Notes: generated from the letters alone by a model not told the origin. Positions 32,544-43,532 are shown, counted from the first letter of the stretch. The stretch is 64,000 nucleotides of DNA from an uncultured Nitrospinota bacterium (GCA_963707985.1 CAVPRW010000039.1:32001-96000); one strand, 5' to 3'. Program-made: numbers and translations.

Positions 32544-33827
32544 TTATGGCTTCTCTGCAGTGCGCTCGAAGTCGATGCGTTCGTCGACCGGTAACCCTAG
32601 CAGGTAACGCCGCAAGCTATCCAGCCCCATCTCGATGGCACCCAGGCGCACCCACTCGCGTCCCCCGGCGATTCGGCTGCGCCGCATAGCTACCCCTTGG
32701 GCCGTGGCCACGGCCAGACAGATCGTCCCACCTAAATCGTTGCGATCAGGCCCTGCGTCGACGTCCACCAGGACAGCCAGACCATGCGTAGCACCCGCCT
32801 GCTGACGTACGACGGCCGCCAGCTCCGTCGCCATTTCTGGGGTGAAGCCGGCTGAGGACGATGGCGTCGGGAGACCAACAGCGCTGTAAAGATCAGTCAT
32901 GTCCCGGGCCACGAGGCCACGGCGGAACACCGTTTCAGCCCCTTGTAACGGTGCGAGACGTGCCGCAATTTGGCCGCCAGTATACGTCTCGACGAGTGCA
33001 AGGGAACCGTGACAGGCGGTAAGTTGCGCCAACACTACCCCTGCCAACGTGTGATCGTCTTCGGAGATGATGAAATTTCCTAAGCGCTTGTGTACCTCCT
33101 GGACCACGGGCGCCAACTTGCACTGAATGTCGTCCATATCCTTGCCGCGCACCGTGAGCTTGGTTTCCAATTGGGGATAATGCGTGCGAAAGCCGAGTTT
33201 GACGCTGCCATCTGGAGCGAGATCTTCGACGCCTTTGAGGATCTCGTCGACGTGGGATTCTCCCAAACCGTAGGAATGGAAACGCTTCAGATAAATCGCT
33301 GTCTGCTGGCCGCTGCGCGCCAGCAGCCGCGGCAGGACCTGGTCCTCAAGCATACGATACAATTCGCGGGGAACACCGGGAGTGAAATAAAAGCGCGCTT
33401 TGCCAATATCTACAGCGAAGCCGCAGGCGGTGCCGATGGCATTGTCGATCATCTCCGCCCCGGCAGGGAGGAAGGCTTGCTTGCGGTTGTTTGGCGACAT
33501 GACCCGGCCACGTTGGCGGAAGCGCTCTTCCATACGGGCTAGCCAACCCTTGTGTAGCACCAAGTCAACACCCGCAGCCTGGGCCGCCACCTCTTGTGAG
33601 AGATCGTCGACGGTAGGGCCGAGCCCACCGTTGACGATGACGGCATCGGCACGCTCCCCAGCGGCGCGAAAGGCCTGCAGAAGGGTTTCGCGATCGTCAC
33701 CCACGGTCGTGCCCCAGCGTACCGCAAGTCCGACATCCTCCAGCTTCTGGCTGATGTGACTGAAGTTTGTGTTGATGGTCTTGCCGGTCAATACTTCATC
33801 GCCTGTACAGATGATCTCGATGTGCAT
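32544..33827 (-). CDS. cinA: CinA-family competence/damage-inducible protein
   Basis: GDEVLTG...NTN, GGLGPTVDD, PGVPRE, GLGES; degenerate PncC-like C-terminal domain. Confidence 0.85.
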   Translation of the reverse strand: MHIEIICTGDEVLTGKTINTNFSHISQKLEDVGLAVRWGTTVGDDRETLLQAFRAAGERADAVIVNGGLGPTVDDLSQEVAAQAAGVDLVLHKGWLARMEERFRQRGRVMSPNNRKQAFLPAGAEMIDNAIGTACGFAVDIGKARFYFTPGVPRELYRMLEDQVLPRLLARSGQQTAIYLKRFHSYGLGESHVDEILKGVEDLAPDGSVKLGFRTHYPQLETKLTVRGKDMDDIQCKLAPVVQEVHKRLGNFIISEDDHTLAGVVLAQLTACHGSLALVETYTGGQIAARLAPLQGAETVFRRGLVARDMTDLYSAVGLPTPSSSAGFTPEMATELAAVVRQQAGATHGLAVLVDVDAGPDRNDLGGTICLAVATAQGVAMRRSRIAGGREWVRLGAIEMGLDSLRRYLLGLPVDERIDFERTAEKP

Positions 33828-34150
33828 GGTGCTCCCACTCTCATGAAATAACCTACTGGTTAAAGGTCGTCCGATCTGATGTGCTATGGTACACTCTTTG
33901 GTTCGCAGTGCAAAGCCCCTTGCCATGGCGAGTTCTGGCAGGGTATTGCCAGCAATCGCCCTGGGATAGACCCATATCGCTCAAAGGTCGTGCGGAACCG
34001 CGGGCCTACACCTCCGCTGAGACCGATGTAGCCAGGCACTGAGCTGGATCGCTATGAGCAACTCGGGACATCTTCATCAAGGGATTGAAGGTAAACCGGA
34101 TTGGAAGGATTAGCGGAGCCAAAGAACAAGGACGTCGGAAACCTTTTGCA

Positions 34151-34188
34151 CCCTCAGCCAGCCATTACGTCGGGTGGCTGGCTGAGGG
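34151..34188. terminator. 14-bp stem-loop downstream of the 34319-34828 gene
   Basis: CCCTCAGCCAGCCA-N10-TGGCTGGCTGAGGG. Confidence 0.5.
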
Positions 34189-34318
34189 CTTCATCGCGTG
34201 CCCTGTCAAGCACGGGTCAACAGGAAACACATAGCGCTATCCCAGGTTAAGCACCGATCCGTTCGAACTTGCCCATACAGCGCCCAGCCTCGTCTGAAGA
34301 TGTCTTACTCTGTTACGC

Positions 34319-34828
34319 TTAAAAATCCTTCAGCGTGACTTTGAAGCTGTCACCGATAAGGTTGACGTACAAACCATAAGTGTCTTTTATTCTCCTTGTG
34401 ACAACGAGGACAACACCTTTCTCGTTATGATACGCAGGATTGCGGCCGGTGCCCCCCATGGCTTTCACCGCCTCGGGCTTGATATGTGTAAAGGTGCCTG
34501 CGAAGTCACCCACATTCTTTAGGTTGTAGACATTCCCCTCGATAGCTATCTGCTGCCCGGCTAGATTGGTCAACACCTGCGATTCGGTATAAGTCTTCGC
34601 TTCCACCCGAAACTTATAGTCTTGGTTGTTGTAGCTTAACCGGCCATCTGCCCAAGTAACCCCCATGTTAGGAGCAATCGAGGTGGTAATCATCCGGAAC
34701 TTTCCATCAGGTTTTGGCGCTCCACCTCCAGCCGCACCCTGTTGCCCGGCGACGACAGGAGCCACAACCCCGAGCAAGGTGATCCCCACCATGAGTAGCA
34801 GCACAAGCGCTAGATTCATACGGCGCAT
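34319..34828 (-). CDS. secreted DUF1134/EipA-like protein
   Basis: signal peptide; G.L.Y..Q.YKF, GNVYNLKNVGDFAGTF, NEKGVV. Confidence 0.65.
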   Translation of the reverse strand: MRRMNLALVLLLMVGITLLGVVAPVVAGQQGAAGGGAPKPDGKFRMITTSIAPNMGVTWADGRLSYNNQDYKFRVEAKTYTESQVLTNLAGQQIAIEGNVYNLKNVGDFAGTFTHIKPEAVKAMGGTGRNPAYHNEKGVVLVVTRRIKDTYGLYVNLIGDSFKVTLKDF

Positions 34829-35339
34829 CTTGGTCTCCTTTCCGCTGTTGTTAACAGGACAGCCGCTTCACGCGATTCGTACATCGCGATGACCACGCGC
34901 GGAGAAGCACAGAGGCTTCTTCCAGACGCGTGCTTGACAGAGCACTGGGTACATGATAGGCGGGAAACCAGGGTCCATCTTGTTGCAGAGGCGCTCCTCC
35001 AGTTCAGTGACCACATTCAGCAGATCCCAGACTGCCTGCCCATGCAGACCGCCAGATGCGCGCTTCGCAGGGTCCTCATCGTGTCGTGCGTCATCCAATC
35101 CCCAAGGGATCAGAGACAAGGCTAGTAAAATTGATGTGAGGCTAAAGACGGTCTCTTATACCACCGCCAGGCACATCTGTCAACCTCAGACCCACTGCCC
35201 TCAGCCCCCTGGCACGATGCCCACTGGGAGACTCTCGATAGAGGCGCAAATGTCGCGTGAGCGGGGTAGTCAGATATGCTCCCGATGCCGCAGGATATGC
35301 TGAAACACCCGCCGTAACTGACGAACGCGGTAGGTCCGT

Positions 35340-35845
35340 TCCATCACGACACGAAGGGATGTCAGGAGAACGAACACACGAGCGGCTGACGTGCCGATTG
35401 GTCGACCATCGCGTCAAAGTTATCGATGAGCATGTCGGCGAGCTCGCTTCAGGTGTAGCAGAGCCACATGATAGCCCGATTATCATTAGTTTCGATAGTT
35501 TCGATCGGATACGGCAAGGCCAGTATGCGGCCGTTGTGAGTTTTCATCCAGATGGGCTGATTGTCGCAGGTCCAGTCCATGAAATAGCGATAGCCGGCTT
35601 CTTACAGAAGATCGGCGGTGACCTCGCTGTTCGACACCCAAGGGCTCATCCAGCCGACAGGACGTTGCCTCTCGTGGCGTTGGGTGGTCTCCGTCGCCGT
35701 CCGAATGAGCTCGGCTTTGGTCTTTTCGTCAAGATCTCCCTGAGCCTCGGAGTTGGTGAGACCGTGTCCAAGGATTTCGTCGCCGCTCTCGTGCAACTTC
35801 TGCGGGATCTCCGGAGAGTGCTCGTAGATGGCCGTATTCATCTGG
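35340..35845 (-). pseudogene. polysaccharide deacetylase/PuuE-like remnant
   Basis: EILGHG, PVGWMSPW, TADLL*EAGYRY.MDW..D.QP.W; several in-frame stops. Confidence 0.7.
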
Positions 35846-36366
35846 TCCGGGTGGGGCTGGTTTAGGACCTAAGTCCTATCAAGGTCGCTCTAAAGTCCAA
35901 TATCCGCGCCAACAGCAAGCTGGTACCATGCCAACCGACTTCTGGGGTTCACAGCTCTCTTGAACCGTCTCAGAGGAGGGATCATGCAGGAGCGCTCCTT
36001 GATACTGAGCTGTCGCCTGCGTCTGTTGATGCTGAAGCCCTGATCATATTGCTTCTGCTCGAGCACACAATATACAATCGGGCGGCCGGGCGGCCGGCCA
36101 TATAATGCGGTTGAGCCCTGCCCGAGCACGCTTGACGGCCCGTCAGGCCCGGTTGAGTCTTGCAGACCCTGAGAGCATACGCGGTCTGGACCCGGACGAC
36201 AGACAGTCGGTGCACCTCCGCAGCGAACAGTGTCCGGCGGTTGGCGGTGTAGTATTTCTTGTCCTATCAAACACCAGGATTTTTTAAAGATTTTAGTCCT
36301 TTGGACGTACAACCAGGGAGTCGATGCGGGGCGGATGTCCGTACAGGGCACACAGGGGGAAAGTGG

Positions 36367-36846
36367 ATGGCCAAACAGAGGGTGAAGCCAATCGTGGTGC
36401 GCCTTGCGGTCATGAGTGCGTGCATCCTGTATCTTTCTGGGTGTGTCGGAAACGTCGCGCTCGGACCGGACGCCGTCAGGGGCCAGACACCGGACGGCAC
36501 CGTCGAGATGCAGGAGGTGCAGGCGGCCTACATCGGCAGCGGCAGCGCGGGCAGCGGCATCCTATTCTATCGCGGCGCGCAGCATCCGTTTGAGGTCGGC
36601 GGGGTCGGGGTCGGCGGCCTTGGCCTCTCCACCATCAATGCGACGGGCGAGGTGTACAACCTCCGCGACCTTGGGCAGTTCCCCGGTACCTACGGCCAGG
36701 CCCGCTACGGCTTTGCGATCGGCACAGCGAGCGGGGGCGATCTCTGGCTGCAGAACGAGTCGGGCGTGATCCTGCACCTGAAGGCGAAGCGTACGGGGCT
36801 GATGCTCAGCCTTGGGGGTGATGCCGTCGTCATCTCGATGCGCTAG
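36367..36846 (+). CDS. DUF1134/EipA-like lipoprotein
   Basis: lipobox LSGC; GSGILFYRG..HPF, GEVYNLRDLGQFPGTY, LQNESGV. Confidence 0.7.
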   Translation: MAKQRVKPIVVRLAVMSACILYLSGCVGNVALGPDAVRGQTPDGTVEMQEVQAAYIGSGSAGSGILFYRGAQHPFEVGGVGVGGLGLSTINATGEVYNLRDLGQFPGTYGQARYGFAIGTASGGDLWLQNESGVILHLKAKRTGLMLSLGGDAVVISMR

Positions 36847-37281
36847 TGAGCACCCGGACCATCCCCCCCTTGGCGCCATCACGACTGCTGTTAAGGCTTC
36901 CAGTGGTAAGGGAGCAATGATGCCAAGCTTGGCATCATTGCTCCGACTCTTCGGGGAAGCCTCCAGAACGACGACACCCCTCGTTTTGTTTCCGTGAACC
37001 TCTTCGATTACCCGCGCAACAGCAGCCCTGACCGCCGCCACACAAGCCCTCACCCGGAGGCCTACAAGCACGCATCTCCTCGAGGGCAACTCAAACTTCA
37101 AAATGGGACGGTCAGCGACTACTCTCCCGATGGTTTGGCCGTCTCCCCAGTGCGCTTACGATAGGCTTTGCGGATGCTACCCCCTAGCCGCCGCAATTTC
37201 CCCATGGTATCATTGCTATCGTTGTGGAAATGCTAGGCAAACTATGATGTGCACACGTCTACATTAGGATGAGCCGGCCTC

Positions 37282-37470
37282 ATGAGCCCGATCCTCGCAT
37301 CTTGTCTGAAAAAAAAAGCTTATACCGAAACTGAGGCGTTAGCCTTCGTCGACACCTCCGCAGAACCAGGGTTAGCTGCATACAAATGTCCACTCGGCGG
37401 CCATTACCATGTCGGGCATCGGCGCTCGCAGAGCACTCAGAAACGGAGCAAAAAGCGCAAGAGGAAGTAG
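37282..37470 (+). CDS. small basic protein with a possible C/H zinc-binding motif
   Basis: CLKKKAY...A...YKCPLGGHYHVG plus a K/R-rich tail. Confidence 0.45.
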   Translation: MSPILASCLKKKAYTETEALAFVDTSAEPGLAAYKCPLGGHYHVGHRRSQSTQKRSKKRKRK

Positions 37471-38185
37471 CCTCAGGGCAGGTATCACCCTGCATTCCTA
37501 TCCTTTTTTGTATCCTCATTCATTATGGATGTCGGGCTGTCCATCCTTGCCAGTGTTGATACAAACGAACATCTGCCTTCCTCCCGCTTTCGCCCTATCA
37601 TGGCATGCTTAACAAGCTCGGCCTTGTCGCTGAGCGGGCGGCATTGCACTCCCCTGCACTCGACGTCATAGGCCTACCTCTCAGCTCTGAACAGCAGCAC
37701 GGCTATGCGTAGCACCGCAACCTTCGACATCCGTCTTGGGAGCCGCAGCTCAGGGTTCTCCGCTCTCACCGATCCCTAACAGACACGATAGAGGATTGAC
37801 AGGCGCCAACGACCTGCACTATGCTCGACTACCCTATGGATGCCTGCGCAAGGCCTGGAGAGATGGCCATGGGGCTTCTCGGTTACCATACCACCCTGAG
37901 CATGGAGGGAACGGTTGCAAGGGTAATCCCTGTACCTGATGCACTCAGCAAACCCCTCTGAGACGCTGTGAATGACACATACTGCCCGGGGCGCACGCGG
38001 GGGCCAGCGGGGGGAGCGTGCGAACTGGGCGCCGCGGCTGTATTTTTCCGGCGGGGTTCGGACCGCCGCTCGGTGGCGGCTGGATCATGCTCGGCAAGTG
38101 CCCCAGCTAAGCTGCCTGCACCACGCGTACAACGTCGCGGCTGGACGTCCGAGGGGGTTCATTTTCGCAAAAGAGTGGGTAGTCG

Positions 38186-38968
38186 ATGGGTTTAAGAACG
38201 GTTATGGCCACAAGGTATGTCACCCCCCTGCGCGAGGGTGGATCGCTGCCAGCGATTGTCGAAGCTAATGATGATGGCATGTATGTACTCAAGTTCCGTG
38301 GGGCGGGGCAGGGACCCAAAGCGCTTATCGCCGAATTGGTGGCCGGAGAAATCGCCCGGACGGCAGGGCTGCCAGTGCCCGAGATCGTCTTCATCGAACT
38401 CGACCCCGAGCTTGCTCGCACGGAGCCAGACCCGGAGATCCAACACCTGATCCGGGCGAGTGCCGGGCTCAATCTGGCGCTCGACTACTTGCCCGGTGCC
38501 GTGACACTAGACCCGGTGGTCGAAAAGCCTGACGCCGATCTCGCCTCATCGGTCGTCTGGTTCGACGCCTACGTCACCAATGTCGATCGGACACCGCGCA
38601 ATACGAACATGCTGGTGTGGCATCGGCGACTTTGGCTCATTGATCACGGTGCAACCCTCTACATTCACCACACCTGGCACAACTATCGCGAGCGCAGCCG
38701 AGACCCATTCCCCATGATCAAAGACCATGTCCTCCTCCCACGTGCCAGTGCACTCCAAGAGGTCGACCCACAGATGACTGGGCGGCTCACGTCAGACATC
38801 ATTGACCGCATCGTGAAATCGATTCCTGACGCCTGGCTAGGGGGAGACTCTGTGTTTGACGAAACCCACGAACACCGCGACGCATACATGGAGTACTTGC
38901 TAAGCCGGCTCGAACCCCCGCATGGTTTCCTGGAGGAGGCCATCCGTGCTCGATCACGATACCTATGA
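38186..38968 (+). CDS. HipA-like kinase (HipA_2)
   Basis: LREGGSLP, VLKFRGAGQG, NVDRT.RN.N, LIDHG. Confidence 0.88.
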   Translation: MGLRTVMATRYVTPLREGGSLPAIVEANDDGMYVLKFRGAGQGPKALIAELVAGEIARTAGLPVPEIVFIELDPELARTEPDPEIQHLIRASAGLNLALDYLPGAVTLDPVVEKPDADLASSVVWFDAYVTNVDRTPRNTNMLVWHRRLWLIDHGATLYIHHTWHNYRERSRDPFPMIKDHVLLPRASALQEVDPQMTGRLTSDIIDRIVKSIPDAWLGGDSVFDETHEHRDAYMEYLLSRLEPPHGFLEEAIRARSRYL

Positions 38969-39377
38969 TTACGCCATCATCCGTGTCGTTCCCAAGGTCG
39001 AGCGCGAAGAGTTCATCAACGTCGGCGTGGTCGTCTCATGCCCGGCCAAAGGATTCCTCGAGGCCCGCATCGAGCTAGATGAGCGGCGGCTATTGGCCGT
39101 TGATCCGACGCTAGATGTCGAGACCATCCGAGCCCACCTGGCCACCTTCCCCACGGTATGTGCTGGCGGAGAGCAGGCCGGGCCGATGGGGCGACTCTCG
39201 CAGCGGGAACGCTTCCACTGGCTCGTGGCACCCCGAAGCACCATCATTCAGACCTCACCTGTACATACTGGTTGTTGCAAGGATCCAACGGCCGTGCTCG
39301 AGCATCTGTTGTACACGATGGTACGGCGGTCACATGCGGCATCGCCTGCGGCGGAGGTGAGCACAGAGGAATTGTGA
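38946..39377 (+). CDS. DUF3037 domain protein
   Basis: YAIIRVVPKVEREEFINVG, ERFHWLVAPRSTIIQTSPVHTG; overlaps the kinase gene. Confidence 0.88.
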   Translation: MLDHDTYDYAIIRVVPKVEREEFINVGVVVSCPAKGFLEARIELDERRLLAVDPTLDVETIRAHLATFPTVCAGGEQAGPMGRLSQRERFHWLVAPRSTIIQTSPVHTGCCKDPTAVLEHLLYTMVRRSHAASPAAEVSTEEL

Positions 39378-39391
39378 TGGGAGGCCCCTCC

Positions 39392-39756
39392 TCACTTCTC
39401 CACCTTTGTCGTTTGGCTACCCTTCGCCGTCAAGGCAATCCGGGGGAAAGCCGAGTCGGGGGTCGCCCCATGCCAGTGCTTTTCCCCGGCATGAACGTGT
39501 ATCATATCGCCGGCGGTGATAACTTCTTCGATCGCTTCCGTGGCGAAGATGCCTTTTCCGGCGATGACGCATAACACCTGGTTACTGGTGTGGATATGCA
39601 TCTCGTTTTGTTGCGTGCGCCAGGGCTGAAATTGACGATGTTGATATTGAAGTCATTGCCCATCTCAGGTGTGACTAATGACTGCCGTGTGACGCGTCCT
39701 CCGGTGAAGAGGGGGTTGTCGGGAGATTCCTCGGGGACCTCATAGGGCTTAATCAC
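39392..39756 (-). pseudogene. cupin domain protein, frameshifted near 39605
   Basis: VNFSPGARN in one frame continues as H.HTS.Q.L...G.G...GEKHWHGA in another. Confidence 0.72.
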
Positions 39757-40024
39757 TTTCCTGAGTGGTTACTGCTTCAGGTTTGCATACTCTGGTTGCT
39801 CACTGCTGAGCCGTTTCTTGTAGCACACTATCGCCCAGGCGACAAGCCAATACCTCGGAAAGAGTTTACATTTGATGGAAATAGGGCTAGCATACGCCTG
39901 CTCGCTGACCCGTACCTCCATCAGGGCTCGCCTCAGCGAGCGTGTGACTGTGGGACCATCATAGGGGCAGGCGCATGGGTCCAGGCTATCGGTGGCTGAC
40001 CGGGAGACGAGGAGAGCATGCCGT

Positions 40025-41872
40025 ATGAAAGTGGTTATCTTAGTCAAGCAAGTCCCGCTGGTAACGGATCTCAAGTTCGACCCCGAGACGAAGACGCTCA
40101 TTCGCGAGGGGGTCCCAAACGTCATCAATCCGTATGATCGCTACGCGATCGTCGAGAGTGTCAAATTAAAGAAGGCCCATGGCGGGGAGGCGGTGGCCGT
40201 GACCATGGGGCCCCCACAGGCGCGCGAGGCCATGGTAGAAGCCCTGGCGCTTGGCTGCGACCGGGCCGTGCACATCGTCGATCGTGCTTTCGCCGGGTCG
40301 GATACCCTTGCTACCGCACGTGCGCTCAGTCTGTTTCTGAAGAAAGAGGGGTTTGACCTCGTGTTTTGCGGCAAATACTCAGTCGATGCCGAAACCGGCC
40401 AGGTTGGCCCCGAGGTTGCCGAGTTACTCGACATCCCGCAAATCACCGGCATCACTAAGCTGGAGGTGACCGACGGCGGACGCCATATCAAGGCCACACG
40501 TGGCACTGATGAGGGACAAGAGGTGGTCGAGTGCGATCTTCCGGCCCTGCTGACGGCTGAGGAGCGTCTGAATCGGCCTGGTCAGACCCCGGCGCCGGCG
40601 TTTGAGGCCGCCCGCGACCGGCCGATCGAGGTGCTGACCGCCAGCGATCTTGCCCAGGATCCGGCGGTGTTCGGCTTTGCCGGCTCACCCACCTGGGTGT
40701 CCGAGATTTACTCAGTGGCCACCACGCGTCAGCCTCTTATGCTGGATGCGTCTTCCGCGGACGACGTGGTACATACGCTCACCGACCATTTGCTGAGCCA
40801 TGGACTGTTCGACACCTGGCAGGGGGTGCACGAGATGCCACGTGTCACAGCCAGGACTCCTGGAGCGCGTCCGGATCGCGCTATATGGGTGGTGAATGAA
40901 ACGCTGCTCGGGAAGATGCATAGTGCCACTCGTGAGCTCTTAGGGAAAAGTGTTGAGCTGGCGGATCGATTGCAAGGGGATGTAGTGGGTGTGTCGATCG
41001 GCTCAACTCATGGTGATGAGGCTGCCGAGATGGCCGCGTTCGGGGCTGATCGAGTGTTGCAACTCGAGGGGCCACAGCTCGCCGATTACTCGCCGGAAGG
41101 CTACGCCAATGCCCTGGCGCAGGCCATTCAGGAGTTCCGGCCCTATGCTGTGTTGATCCCAGCGACGGTGAAGGGGCGTGACTTCGCGCCGCGGGTTGCC
41201 GCACGCCTCCAGCTTGGGCTGACCGGTGATGCCATTGGCCTGGAGATCGACGATCAGGAGCGCCTGATCCAGCTGAAACCGGCGTTCGGGGGCAACATCG
41301 TGGCGCCAATTCTGTCGAAAACGTTTCCACAGATGGCGACGGTGCGGCCCGGGATGTTGCATTCGATGCAACCAGATTGGTCGCGCCAACCCAGCATCCA
41401 ACGCTTGGAGCTGGCAGACATCGGCCCGGTCCGGACCCAGATGGTGCAGGCTACCCAAGAGGTTGACGCCAGCGAAACCTCCCTGGAAGAGGCGGACATC
41501 GTGGTGGGCGTCGGCACCGGCTTAGGGCGCCGCGAAAATCTTAAGCTGGTGCGCGAGTTGGCGGAGGTTCTCGGGGCGGCAATCGCGGCCACGCGGCGCG
41601 TGACGGACGCCAATTGGCTGCCCCGGCAGCATCAGGTGGGCTTGACCGGTAAAGCGATCGCGCCAAAACTGTACTTTGCGCTGGGCATCCGTGGGGTGAT
41701 GAATCATACGATCGGTATCCAGCGCGCTCAGACGATTGTTGCCATCAATACCGACCCCGAAGCGCCGATTTTTCAGGTAGCGAACTACGGCATCGTGGGC
41801 GATTGTCTGCACATCATTCCGGCGCTGACGCAGGCGCTGGCCGAGGCGAAGCAGCGTCGACAGGGACCATAG
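40025..41872 (+). CDS. fused electron transfer flavoprotein beta+alpha (FixAB-like)
   Basis: EtfB: KQVP, GSDTLATA, GKYSVDAETGQVG; EtfA: QVGLTGK, GIRG..NH..G, AINTDPEAPIF. Confidence 0.9.
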   Translation: MKVVILVKQVPLVTDLKFDPETKTLIREGVPNVINPYDRYAIVESVKLKKAHGGEAVAVTMGPPQAREAMVEALALGCDRAVHIVDRAFAGSDTLATARALSLFLKKEGFDLVFCGKYSVDAETGQVGPEVAELLDIPQITGITKLEVTDGGRHIKATRGTDEGQEVVECDLPALLTAEERLNRPGQTPAPAFEAARDRPIEVLTASDLAQDPAVFGFAGSPTWVSEIYSVATTRQPLMLDASSADDVVHTLTDHLLSHGLFDTWQGVHEMPRVTARTPGARPDRAIWVVNETLLGKMHSATRELLGKSVELADRLQGDVVGVSIGSTHGDEAAEMAAFGADRVLQLEGPQLADYSPEGYANALAQAIQEFRPYAVLIPATVKGRDFAPRVAARLQLGLTGDAIGLEIDDQERLIQLKPAFGGNIVAPILSKTFPQMATVRPGMLHSMQPDWSRQPSIQRLELADIGPVRTQMVQATQEVDASETSLEEADIVVGVGTGLGRRENLKLVRELAEVLGAAIAATRRVTDANWLPRQHQVGLTGKAIAPKLYFALGIRGVMNHTIGIQRAQTIVAINTDPEAPIFQVANYGIVGDCLHIIPALTQALAEAKQRRQGP

Positions 41873-41932
41873 GGTGAGGGCGCAGCCGCAGGGCGCCCTC
41901 GGTGGATAGGCTCAGCTCGAAAGGAGGAGCCC

Positions 41933-42757
41933 ATGTCGATTATTACGATTTCACGAGGGTCCCTCAGTGGTGGCAGGGCGCTGGCCGAACGGCTGGCTGA
42001 TCGGCTAGGCTATCGGTGCATCAGTAGCGAAACCCTTATCGAAGCGGCAGCCAAGTATGGAGTCTCCGAGCCCAAGCTCTCGGAAGTTTTCGAGAAAACC
42101 CCAAGCTTTTGGGAGCGGCTCACGAAATCACGCCGGCTCTACCTCATTTTCATCCAGGCGGCGATGTGCGAGCTGGCTCAGCAAGGCAAACTGATCTACC
42201 ATGGACAGGGAGGCCAGCAGCTCCTCAAGGGCATCAGTCACATCATGAAGGTGCGCCTAATCGCGCCGCTGGAGTATCGCCTCAAAATCGCCATCGAGCG
42301 TCAGGGTCTGTCGAGCCGTGAAGCCGCTAGGCAATACCTCCAGCAGGTGGATGAGGAGCGCCTGCGTCGCATGCGCTATCTGTTCAACGTCGACTGGCGT
42401 GACCCCGCCCTCTACGACGTGGTGCTCAATATCGAGCACATGAGTCTGGAGACGGCGGCCGATGTGGTCATCTATATGGCACAACATCCTGAATATCAGC
42501 CAACACCAGCTTCCGAGAAGAAGCTCAACGACCTGACGCTCAGCTGCCGCATCAGGGCGTTGCTGGCTGCCAATCCGATTACCAGCGGGATTGATGTGGA
42601 GGTGCGCACGGATGACGGCATCATCTGGATAACCGGCCTCATCGACTCTGGAGAGCTGGAGTACGAAATCATTCACATCGCACAAACCGTGTCAGGCGTC
42701 AAAGAGGTCATTTCCGACCTGGAAATCAAACCCGTCTTCCCCTATCCAGGGCCATGA
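41933..42757 (+). CDS. cytidylate kinase-like protein with C-terminal BON domain
   Basis: IITISRGSLSGG, YDVVLN; C-terminal IDVEV..G.I.ITG...VSGVKEV. Confidence 0.82.
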   Translation: MSIITISRGSLSGGRALAERLADRLGYRCISSETLIEAAAKYGVSEPKLSEVFEKTPSFWERLTKSRRLYLIFIQAAMCELAQQGKLIYHGQGGQQLLKGISHIMKVRLIAPLEYRLKIAIERQGLSSREAARQYLQQVDEERLRRMRYLFNVDWRDPALYDVVLNIEHMSLETAADVVIYMAQHPEYQPTPASEKKLNDLTLSCRIRALLAANPITSGIDVEVRTDDGIIWITGLIDSGELEYEIIHIAQTVSGVKEVISDLEIKPVFPYPGP

Positions 42758-42950
42758 GACGCCAGATGCTAGGTTGAGGCGATTCGGCCTCTGCCGTTGG
42801 GAGCGGGTGAGGGAGGGGACAACAGGGGATGATCGACCGGTCGAGGTCCCCTCACACCAGCCTTTTTCAGTGGGAGACGGGGGGCGATGCAGTTGCTGAC
42901 CGTGCTTGCCTTATGCTGAGGTGCACGCTCACATGGGGAGAGAACCAAGC

Positions 42951-43532
42951 ATGCCGGTGTGGCTGGTTGCTACATGGCTGAGTCTCCTCTGGGCAGGGTT
43001 TGCCTGGGGGCAGATCTACAAGTGGGTGGACCGCCAGGGCAATATACACTTTACCGATAATCCGAGCCGGATCCCGTCGGAATACCGGCCCCATGTCGAA
43101 GTGGAAAGGGCCACTCCGCTTGCGCCACTCCCCACCCCAAGTGAGGATGCCGCCTCGGTTCCACCGAACGAATCCGCAACGCCCGGGGCATTACCACCAG
43201 CTCCCCCACCGACGGATCGCCTGGGACGGGGACCCGACTATTGGCAGCAATTGGCTCAGCACTGGGGTACCCAGCTGCAGCAGCATCTTCAGGAGCGCGA
43301 CCGGCTACAATTACTCTACAACTATGCGCGCCATCTCGCGAGCTATACCCGGGACACCTCCGATCGTGGCAAGATATATGCCGACAGCGCTCGCCTAGAA
43401 AAAGCCATGGCCGAAACCGAGAAGCAGATCAAAGAGGCAGAGACTATGCTACACACGACGCTGCCCCTGGAAGCCAGGCAGCTAGGAGCGAACCCTGAAT
43501 GGCTCAAGCTGCCAGGGTCGACACCGCAGTGA
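42951..43532 (+). CDS. DUF4124 domain secreted protein
   Basis: signal peptide, IYKWVDRQGNIHFTDNP, Pro-rich linker, coiled coil. Confidence 0.82.
   Translation: MPVWLVATWLSLLWAGFAWGQIYKWVDRQGNIHFTDNPSRIPSEYRPHVEVERATPLAPLPTPSEDAASVPPNESATPGALPPAPPPTDRLGRGPDYWQQLAQHWGTQLQQHLQERDRLQLLYNYARHLASYTRDTSDRGKIYADSARLEKAMAETEKQIKEAETMLHTTLPLEARQLGANPEWLKLPGSTPQ

Noticed and set aside
35257..35865. 202-aa plus-strand ORF
   Set aside because: Antisense to the deacetylase pseudogene, which carries the real motifs.
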